This document shows, piece after piece, positions 1 through 10,100 of a stretch of DNA of 64,000 nt (positions are counted from its first letter, which is position 1; each line of letters starts with the position of its first letter). The stretch is from Paraphysomonas bandaiensis. Its lineage: Eukaryota > Protista > Chrysophyceae. A program made the translations under genes and the position numbers. The notes beneath the pieces are model-generated. The model did not search any database, was not told the origin of the DNA, and worked only from the letters and a program-made list of their open reading frames with translations. The stretch lies in assembly GCA_965644295.1 (NCBI GenBank), contig CBFFRP010000440.1, positions 1-64,000 of the forward strand, given 5' to 3'.

Positions 1-1132
1 AGGAGTGTATGGATTCAGTTAGAAGGCATGCACTGGACTGTGCCGTGCTGTGCTGTACGATAGATCGCCATATACATACATACATATACATATACATACT
101 GCTGTATGTACTCTATTGTAGCTGCAGCTCTACGTGATTTACATACAGAGTACTGCTGTACAGCAGCTCTGTTCTGATCTCTCTGTATACCGTGAAGTAT
201 TCCTGGTATTCCACATCATCGCTCAACGTACAGTACAGCAGGCTCATACTTCCACTTGTCACAATCCTGCTGCTCTATCATGCTGTACTTATGAGGGCAT
301 GGTGTACGAGTATCTTCTAGAGATGCTACACTTTCAGTTCCATGTACTGTAGAGACCAATACATACAGCATCCAAGCAACAACAGAGCAGAGCAGAGGAG
401 CGATATTTCATCATGCATCATCATCATGCATCATGAGAATGATACGAACGATGTAGTAAATAAGATCGAGATGTTGCTGCAGTCGCACAGAACATGAACT
501 CGAACTGCTACTCTTGACACACTGCACATGAAAGCGGAGTGGAATCTGAGCTCTCAGTTGGTTAGAATAGCGTGCATGTCAACAGACATAGCAGGATTGG
601 TGGTGTATAGCAACGTTATGGCGAGAAGTGTTCTCTTGACTGTATATCAAAGTGGTTGTGTCAATTCTGGTAATGGATTGTGAGTTTGCTGTGAGCTGAC
701 TCTCATTATATTGATAGAAGTTGGATAGAAGTCCGTCTCTGGGTCTATTCACACTGTTGATCCAGGCTATGACAGATATCACATTTCCCTTTATGTTTTC
801 TTATGCCGTTTAGGTCTATTTAAAAGAGATGTTGTCAATAATAACTATTGTATTTACCGTCATGTAGTGTAACTAAAACCCTTCAACATGCACCACATCT
901 GATTTACCCAGGATTGCATGTTTAGCTTATGGCATAAACCACCACTGCAACTGTTAGTGTTAGGTACAGAAGAAAGCTTTCCAACTATTATTTCATCCAA
1001 CTTGTATGTTTCTTATATCGACGTGTACCACAATATCCAATAGAGACTATGCATATATGCTACTAAAAACTAAACTATAAACGGCAGCTGAAAAGTATTT
1101 AAATAGTAGTAGAATTGAATAAAACTTTCAAC

Positions 1133-1250
1133 GTAGTAGGAATGTCTGAAAAAATTAGTAGGATCAGCCTTTAGTATAGTAGGAACTTCAGTTAAATTCA
1201 GTTGGGTCAAATATATTAGCGAATACTGAAGCAGAGACTAATTTCAAATT
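1133..1250 (-). repeat. Degenerate 3'-tail remnant of the LINE family
   Basis: tagtaggaatgtctgaaaaaattagtagg resembles the LINE 3' terminus tagtagtgaatgtctgattatttagcaatagg (3933-3965). Confidence 0.35.
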
Positions 1251-1347
1251 GCAATAAAGCTATGCTATGTATTATACACAGTACAAAAGTACAAAAGAAA
1301 TGAACGCCATAAATTCGCTTTCCAAAAATACCTTCACGATTATACTA

Positions 1348-1815
1348 CTACTTCGCTTCGACTGCGGCCTCTTTCTCTTTTGAAATACAAAGCGGGTTGT
1401 ATTCTTTTTTCAAACATCCTGTATCTTGAACCACCAATTTTTTGAATTCATTAAGTCTCACCTGTTGTCTAATTGCAGCCAAATTTATCGAGAGTAATTG
1501 GATATACAACAAATAAATCATGGACACTGCCCCAATGACAGTATACACGATACAGTCCAATTGGTAATATGTCTTCCAAATAGATAAGAACAATGACGCA
1601 ACAAAGAAAAATGCACCAATAATAGCAGTGTACTGCGAAAGATTTTTGTATGAATACATATCAATAATCAGAATGAATTTGTCGTACTCGCAATAAGCCC
1701 TGCTCATCGCATTTTCAACAAAGCATACACCGCTGATTATGGATATTATAAAAAGTAGGTTAGCAATACCATTCACGAAGAAGTAAACACGTAAACCATA
1801 ATTGGTTTTTTGCAA
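1348..1815 (-). CDS. Hypothetical small membrane protein (about 3 hydrophobic segments)
   Basis: 155-aa ORF with three hydrophobic stretches and a charged C-terminus. No family recognised, non-ATG start, may be an exon. Confidence 0.35.
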   Translation of the reverse strand: MQKTNYGLRVYFFVNGIANLLFIISIISGVCFVENAMSRAYCEYDKFILIIDMYSYKNLSQYTAIIGAFFFVASLFLSIWKTYYQLDCIVYTVIGAVSMIYLLYIQLLSINLAAIRQQVRLNEFKKLVVQDTGCLKKEYNPLCISKEKEAAVEAK

Positions 1816-2071
1816 TTCATCAACGTGATCGTATTGAGGAGGGAGAACAATGAAGCTGATGTCACTGTAATAAGAAGTGCGCTGACAAGCATCGTGTTAT
1901 TAATCCTAAGCACACGTTAAAAGATTCGCTTTTGTTTATAGATACCAATCAATACCTTGTCGTAAGCTCTTCACCAAACCACTGTACCCATAACACAAAA
2001 AAGTTAGTTCGTATACTCTTCAATCATGTAAGAAGGTTACCTCAGGAGACATTGCTGCAACACAGTTAAAC

Positions 2072-2314
2072 TCAGGTATATAATAAATTAGAAGACACAC
2101 CTCTCGCTATAGCCCAGTCCATCCTGTCTGATACTTCCCATTTAGGGTAGTTGTCCTTCAATAATTCCATAGTTTCAGTGTAAACGGTAAGCATTTCATT
2201 AATTTCGTCCACGTCTCTTTTGCGAGTAACTTCTTTTGCAATCTTCTCAGGATCACCCGTACAGTCGGGCCATACTTTTTCAGCTTTCTGACATAAATGG
2301 AATAGCTTGTCCAT
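2072..2314 (-). CDS. Hypothetical protein or exon
   Basis: 80-aa ORF with globular, protein-like composition (MDKLFHLCQKAEKVWPDC...). No family recognised. Confidence 0.3.
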   Translation of the reverse strand: MDKLFHLCQKAEKVWPDCTGDPEKIAKEVTRKRDVDEINEMLTVYTETMELLKDNYPKWEVSDRMDWAIARGVSSNLLYT

Positions 2315-2546
2315 GTCAACACTTTCTTCAACGTTGTATACGTCTATTTACCCTTTAAAACTTATAACTGTTATGGATTGCAAGATTGTTGAGGTTGCAT
2401 CCATCCGTTCGTTACGCAGGAGTGGATCTTATCACTGTACTTCAACTGAAAAATCCAGACATCAAACATGAAAATCTAGAAAATTCCTGAAACAAAACAA
2501 AACAGGGGGTTTCCTTCAAAATCAGGGATTTTCATGCCAGAGTGCT

Positions 2547-2699
2547 GTGGTCGACAACCAGCGCGCTTTTCAAATAAAAGCGGGTTTTGATGCTTATCTG
2601 GGCATGGATAAGCACGCTTTTCATTTTTTGGTGGTCGGGCACACCAAAAAAGCGCACTTATTTATAAAAAGCGCAACCAGCTCGCTTGTTGCCGATCAC
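2547..2699. mobile_element. MITE-like foldback element
   Basis: Imperfect TIRs: gtggtcgacaaccagcgcgct versus the reverse complement of the right end, gtgatcggcaacaagcgagct. Confidence 0.55.
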
Positions 2700-2842
2700 G
2701 GGTGGTTGTGCATATCGATTTCATCGATTTGTTCATCGTTTATTTCATCTAAAAATCAACGTTTTTTCAGTGAAAAGTGACTTTTTAATGAAAAAACGAT
2801 GACTTTTCAATGAAATAAACGATGAACAAACCACCCCCAGTG
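2700..2842. mobile_element. MITE-like palindromic element
   Basis: gggtggtt...tttgttcatcgtttatttcat is inverted against atgaaataaacgatgaacaaaccaccc. Confidence 0.6.
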
Positions 2843-4073
2843 TCTCTGATTGCATACGTCGATGTCGTGAGCTGATGAGTTGTGTGATGGGCTGCACTGT
2901 GAGCTCATGGAGTGGTGGGTCACATCAGTATATATCCAGTGACAAAGAGAGCCAGTTGATGAAGCTATTGAGAAGCTGCTCTCACTGTACACAGCACTCC
3001 ACTCTCTGATAGAGAGCCTCTCAAAGGAGGCCTTTAGAAGTGTGTATGTAACGAGCGAATCGATGAAACCGCAGAGTCAGAGAGAGTCTGCTTACTTCAT
3101 AATCTGAACCCGACCGCTACTTTGAATCTGGCGGTCAGTCGTGTGTGAACGAACGAGAAACGCATATCAAAGAAACTGATTTCTACTCGCAACTGTTTCA
3201 TCGAGTCACGTGTATGTGTTCAGTTCTGGTGTGTCTGCTTCAGAACAACTCTCCGCTAAGGGCAAGCCCACCTTTTCATTTTACTGTATCACTGAAGGCT
3301 GAAGGAACCATACAATGCGCTCCCAGTATCAAATGTAGTACGGTGGACTTAGACCTCTCTACTATATGCGATAAATCCGCTTAGTCTAAGTTAGGATATT
3401 TAAGAGCGGAGTTTCTTACTGGCTGAATTACGAACAAGAAGGGGCTATTATCCAAACTCATTTTGATTCTAAGAAAAGAAATATCTGTGTTGTTGATAAT
3501 TATGTTTTCTCTGCATATTCTAGTTTGCGCTTTTCCCGAGCCAATTAATGACCCATGATTCTCAATATTTTCGAGTAAATATAATAACTGTAATATTTAA
3601 TATTTCGTAAAATTCGATTATTTTTTCGTAGACAATTCATATCTTGTAAAGACACGAAATGGGTCAAAATATAGGGGACGCAAGTTCAGGACTAATGCTT
3701 GTTGATATCACTGTTTTCAAAGTCAGATATTAGTGTAGTTATAAATGCTTTAAAATATCTAATAAGTCGTCAGTACTTAGATAGAAGTAAAATGTAACCT
3801 GATTGAGTTTAGAATTACTCAAAAGAACTTTAGTAAGTAGGGGTAGAGTAGACAAGTTTACTTGGGTCACGTCACAGTTCTAAACGAAAGTGATACCGAC
3901 TAACTAGTCATGGGTTAGATAATTATGAATTACTAGTAGTGAATGTCTGATTATTTAGCAATAGGCGTTGAGACCTTGCATCAATTAGTGGCTAGAAGAA
4001 TGCTAGTCATACTAGTTAGACCACTACCCGTAACTAATCAATACAAACTCTTTTATCCTACTATTTAACGCTA

Positions 4074-4122
4074 CGAAAGCTGCTTGTGCGTCGCCGCAAG
4101 CACCAAGGTGCAACCACTTCCG
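4074..4122 (-). ncRNA. Conserved structured 3'-UTR RNA element of the LINE family
   Basis: CGGAAGTGGTTGCACCTTGGTGCTTGCGGCGACGCACAAGCAGCTTTCG: a basal stem plus two hairpins, one with a GNRA loop. Homologues at 22255-22299, 25285-25333, 28785-28833, 45677-45724 and 46640-46688. Confidence 0.7.
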
Positions 4123-4169
4123 TTCTTTTTGTGTGATATGAAATTCGCCTTTATCGTGTGTCCGTGGAC

Positions 4170-7100
4170 TCACCGGCGCTTTTGATCTGGGGGTCTCCCT
4201 TTGGGATGGGTCTCCATTGGTTTTGGAGGGGGCTCAGCATTCTGAATTAGGGTCCTGAGTGCACCTAGTTCCAGATGTGTGGGTTGGGAGTGGTGGGGAT
4301 TGTTGGGAGGAGGAGTTGGGTTTGTAGTATGTGTTACTGTGCTCCTGTGGGGCCGCGGGTGTAGATAGAGTTGTCGAAGCCGTCGGCGTTGTGGAGGTCT
4401 GGGCAGTCCAGTGCTCTGTCGGGTAGGACCTGTGAGGTGTGCACGTGTGTCTGGAGTCGGATACGCTGTGGGGGGTCTTCGTTGGACCCCTAGTAGTCGA
4501 AGGACTCTCGGACGTTGTCTTGACTGACTGCGTTTCGGACGGGGTCTCGGGAGTAGCCTGGGCGGCCTTTTGGACATGGTGATATAGCGACAACCGCGAT
4601 CCTGTAACATAAGCTTCGCTGCAGTGTAAAGCGGTTGCAGGAGATTAATAACCACTGTTTCTAGGTTCCGTAGACTGTGAGCCGTCAGGTGGTTGTGTAT
4701 GTCATCTCCGAAGACCGTTTCCAGTTGGGCTGCTGTGATGGTTCCAGTCCAGTATCTCTCGACCTGTGGGATGGAGGGATTCCAGGCTCTGCTGGAGAGT
4801 CTCCGTAGTGCAGATGTGATCCAGTTGGGTAAGTTCTGAGTTCTCTGTATTTCGTGTAGCACATTTTTATGCGATTGAAATGCAGTTTCCCTTATTTGGG
4901 TGATGGATTCATGTGTGCAGTCGAGGCACATATGTTTTAGGGAATCTAGTCGAAACCCGCAGTCAGAGCATGCGGCTTTGGTCAGGTCAAGCCCCTGTTT
5001 GGTTTTGGCCCGGTTCCTCCCTATGCAGAAAGATTTGTCCCATGTCAGTGCCGTGTTGAGAATTCTTTGGCGTAGATTTGAGCTGAGTTTGTCTTTGGAT
5101 GCACTGCCATCCGCTTGAGCTAGTTTGCGCGGGAGGTGTACTCCGCTATTGGTCCAGTAGCCAGGCGCTCGATCAGGATTGTTTCCGTAGCGTTGATCTC
5201 TGGTTGAAGTGTAGTTCTCAAGTGTCCTTAGGTCGCAGAGATCTTGGAAATCAGTAAGGAGTGGGCTAGAGTAGTATGGCCGTCTTGTACTGTGCAAACG
5301 CCAGTGCCATAATCCAGCGGTTAGTAAGCGTTCAATGGCACTGTCAATCGCAATTGTACAGACAGTGTAGTTATTTTTTCCAAGGATGCGATCGACTTCA
5401 TGCCAGTCTTCACCCGCGACTGCGTCCGCAATATAGATGCCCTTGTCCTCAAACGTCCACTCCGTTTCATCTGTGGTACGTCGTTCGGGATGGGACCTCA
5501 CCCAGGTCACCTGTCGTTTGCAATCTCTACTGGCCGCGATGCTTTCGAGTAGTACCCCTTTTGCACGGTGACCGAGAGCTCTGCGTCTTGTGGAGAGTGC
5601 TTCCTCAGTACGGGTGCACACTGCCTGACAGTCTGTGTGGCTTCTTATGTGTTCGGGAATGCGTGTTGAGAGTATAAGCCCCATGGCTGTGCCTATGAGT
5701 TCATATGCGTATGAGTCCAAACCTGGCACATCACGAAAGGGTGTATCTAGTCGTAGTATTATGGTTGTACCATCTTCCCAGGCATTTTCTGGGGGTAAGT
5801 AGACGACCGCTGCACCTCCTCGGTGTGTCCATCGTGTTCGCGGATTGACATGAGTGAGGCGACGCGTGGAGAGCGCACTGGCTGTGTATGATCCATCTGT
5901 GAAGATTGCCTTGAAAGTATCTGGTTGGACGCTATTAAGGCCGAGTTCTTGTTTTAGATTGGTCAGCATGTGTTCATCCTGTGGTTCGGGGGGCTCAGGT
6001 TGCTGAAGGGTAAGGCCCAATTCCGTTCCCCATTCCCTGAGGCTGAGAACATAGTGGTGGTATTGGGGCTGTGGCTCTGTTGTCTGAGTGAGTAGAAAAT
6101 GTGCTGCTTGACCTGCTTCTCCCCCGAGGGTTATTGCGCGCTGTAGAGATCCCCATTTTTGCTCCTGCGCCGAGTCTGAGAAACGTTTCATACCTAATCC
6201 GTTGTGCTTGAGTGAGAGGTAGATCAGTTCCGTGGGGTATCCAGGGCCTAGACTGAGGGCCTTTCTGTAGAGGGTTGCGCAAGCAGCGTCAATTTCTCTG
6301 TACCAGTGTAGCGGCCATGAAGCTTTGGTGGCTCTATAGAGCAAAGTCGGTATGATTTGGGTCTCGATAACCATGACTTTACAGCCGGCTGAGGCCTGTT
6401 TAATCCCTAGGTGTGTGGTCACGACTTTCAGGTATTTTAGACACCAATCATGGGAGGCCTTGTCTGTGATTGTGAGAGGAAGGTCTGCTCCGAGGTAATG
6501 TATCGACTCTAGTGATGTTTGGATAGGGACTGGGTGTGGACGCCACGACCAGTCGTAGAGAATGATGTAGCCAATGGGGTCGGAGGACTTGTTGGAATCT
6601 TGTAGGATCGGAAACACTGTGCAAACTACTTTGGGGATAGAGAGTTCCATTCCCGAAAGTACGCAGAACGCAGATATTTGTTGGGCAATGAGTTGGGCAG
6701 CGTGTATGGATTTAGCTATTGTGTTAAGATCATCCGCGAAGGAGATCTTTATTTCGCCGGTAGTCGGAGTCGTGAGTTGAATAGTTGGTAACGTTGGACT
6801 CGTTGTTGACAGTTCAATGTCCAGCCACGTGAGAAGGATGTCGTAGAGTGCCACCCAGGCGCATGTGGATTCTGTGCCCCCTTGGGTGATACCCCTTTCG
6901 GCTTCGAAACCCAGACTGAATAGTGCAATGAAGTGGCCGTCTGCGGACAGGAGGTCAAGGAGAGAACGTGGCTCTATGTTGTTTGCCATGAATGGTGTCC
7001 AGGGAAATGTTAGACCGCCGGCATCTAAGTTGCCAAACCAGTCAACTACATCGTCCGGAACGCCCAGTCGTGCCCACGCGAGACGCATGAGGTTAGGCGC

Positions 7101-10100
7101 AATTGAGTCGAAGGCCTTCTTGAAGTCCCAGAGTGTACATATATGCTGGTCGCCTTTTCGTCTTGCTTCTTCTGCAGCCGCGAGTACCCTTAGTATCGCT
7201 GTGTCCGTCCCGTTCCTCCAGCGATAACCATGCTGGGACGGATGCAAAACTTTCTGTTCCTCCCATACGGTAAGAATTCTATGAGTGATTATCCTTGTTA
7301 ATATTTTCCTACTGACTTCAAGCAGACCAATCGGTCGGAGATTAGTGAGGGAGGATTCTCCTGGTTTCTTGAGAATGGGAGACATTACCCTGTCTCTCCA
7401 CCAAATGGGCACATGTTTATGTTTCCAGAGAGATCTGGTGAGGATGTAAGCCTCTCGCTGAACTACCGGTGGCCAGGATTTGACCATGTTGGAGGAGACC
7501 ATTGAGGGTCCAGGCGCGCGGTTGAAGGAGAGAGAGTGAAGTGTGCAGTAGAATTCATCCTGGGTGATGTCTTTTGCAAGAGTAGATTTGAGTGTGGCTG
7601 CCATGGCCGGAGTGGTCTTGGTACAAAGGGCCCGTCGTAACCCCAGTTGCAGGGGAAGAGGGATTTTCGAGCGGGGGTGGAGTGGTTCCTGGCATGTCGC
7701 TGAGCCCGGATCAAGAAGGGATTTCCACCATGTAGGGTCATCCTGGAGCTGTTGTGCTACAGGGTCAAGTCCAGGAGGTTTGGCATGATGTTCACGGAAG
7801 TGCGCATTAATGCCTTCATGAATGTCTTGCGGTGTTGTGAGGATGTGTCCGTCAGTTGTTTTCACCGTGGTAAGTCGGAGTGGTGTTTTGACCTTGAGAC
7901 CAATTTTCTGAAGAATTGCTTGAAGTCTTTTCTGCTGTAGCAGTGCCTCCATCTGATTGGTGCGAGCCGTGAGTCTAGTCCGCATTTCTGTCCTGGCTCT
8001 TCCATGAAGAAGTCCTCTCAGTCGCAAGGCAATTCGGAGAAGGTTTTTCTTGGTGGCTTGCTTTTCGTTCCAACCCAGGATTACTCGTGGGTCCGCGTTG
8101 CGATGGCTGCACCAGAAGTTGATGTCTGATATGCCTTTGATGTGACCCTGAGAACTCCTGAGATAGGAGTCCCATCGGATGAACCATGCAGTGATGATTT
8201 CGTGGGTGGGGGTGGTTGCCGGGGGGCCGCGCCATCCATGCCGTTTGTATCCGGCAGAATTGAACATCTTTTGGATAATCCGCAAAACCATGATCATTCC
8301 TTCCTGTATTACTCTCATTTCCGGGGAAAAGCCATTCTTGAACTTTGAGCGTTTGCGCTGACAACGTTCGTGTAGTCGTGTGCTATAAGTACATGCAGGA
8401 CGCTTCGCTTCAAGCGAAGCCTGGAGGGTTATGTGATGGATGGCCGCTAGTCTGTTGGCTGCCACCTCAGGAGGGAGTATGGCAGACGATCCGTTGTCTA
8501 AATGTGGTAGTTGTGCATGAAGTTGGAGGAGTCTTGCGGTGTATGCCTGTACTTCCTTGGAGTCCTTCGGGTTTACATTGAGACGGGGGGGGATTCGGAG
8601 GTGCGACTCAGGTGGTCGAGGGTCAAGATTGACTGGTACAGTGAAACCGACCCAGACCGGTCGATGATCGAAGGCTGCTGCGAGTAGTGAGGGGGAGTCA
8701 AGGCAGCCAGTGTCCGTAACAGACATGTTCGGAAGTAACGGCGTGTGTAGAATATGATCGATCCGCGATATTCCTTTGTCTAATCTGTGGAAGGTATGAT
8801 ATGTTTTCCTGGGTAGGAGAAGCTCATGGAGTGGTGCAGCCAGTTGGAGTTTGTCGGCAAGTGGTCGTATGTCTCTGCCTTTCGGATTTGTCTCCATGGA
8901 GCCATTGAAGTCGCCGGCGACAATGACAGTATGGTCCTTGGCTCTGGCTTTAGTGACCCATTTCGTAAGGATGTTGCATAGGAGCTTGTAGGGGTCAGCA
9001 GTACAGATACCACGGGACGCTCTCCCTAGCTTGGTCAATTTGCTCCATAATGTGCAAGAGCCTGGCGTGGATGGCTTCGGGGGTAGATAGACGCTTATTA
9101 GTACTAGGGTGTGCGCCACCGACGTTTTGAACTCTAGTCGGCTCACTAAACCAAGTCCCGTAAAGTCAGCCTTTGTGAAGGCGAGACGGCGCTTCCAGTA
9201 TTCGCTGATTATGACTACTGTACCCCCCATTAGTGGGTCTCTTGAAGTCAGTTTTGGCTGCTTGCTGAGGAAGAGGCATATTCTTGATCCCTGGATTGCA
9301 TCTTCTATGATACGTGTGAAGAAGTTGGCCTGAGTTTCTGTTAGACGGACATCCTGTAATAGGAGCACGTCCAATTTTTGCCGCTTAAAGTGTCGGATGA
9401 TAGCTTGGACTTTGCCTGTGTGAGATGCCGGATTGCCATTTGTGTTCCATGTGGAGAGTCGGAGTCCCATGGCTGCTCCCGAGGGAGCCTTGGGGATGCT
9501 GCTGGAGGTCTCTGTAGGAGTTCCACTCTTGTCTGCAAGGAGTCTGTCCCATACTGCTTTATTGGCACCGCCTATGTCGCTGTCGTACGCAGCCCTGGCT
9601 TGGATTAATATCTCAAGTGGCCAGCGTTGATCACACCAGTAATGATGCCCGTAGTTGATGAGAAGTTCTTCATCCTTAGCAATGGGACGTATTGTACGGA
9701 CATAGAGGCGTTTATTTTTCGTGACAAACTTGACATTAGCCATGTTTGTGGCTAGGGGGTCATTAATATACCCAGCTTCGCATGTTACACATTGTCGGAC
9801 TTGGTCAAAGCCATCTATTGCGAAGGTACCAGTACTGTCTTGAACTATGTAATCAGAACGCCTTGCAGACTGACTCAGCTTTGTTAGTGGATAGCGTTTG
9901 CCTTTGTACTCAGCAATGATGACGTCTGCTGGGAATGTGTTCTTCGCATAAAGGGATAGTCCTTTGGCAGTGTTATCGGCGTACGCAATGTAGAACTTTC
10001 TTGACCAGTCCTTGTCCCAGCTGGTGGTATCAAGTGCTGGAGTTGGTCTGATCGTTCGTGTGGTCGTGGATTGGTGTGAGTTGTGAAGGTTCGTTGGTTG

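Noticed and set aside
2868-2900. CTGATGAG hammerhead-like core
   Set aside because: No matching stem II or GAAA partner nearby.
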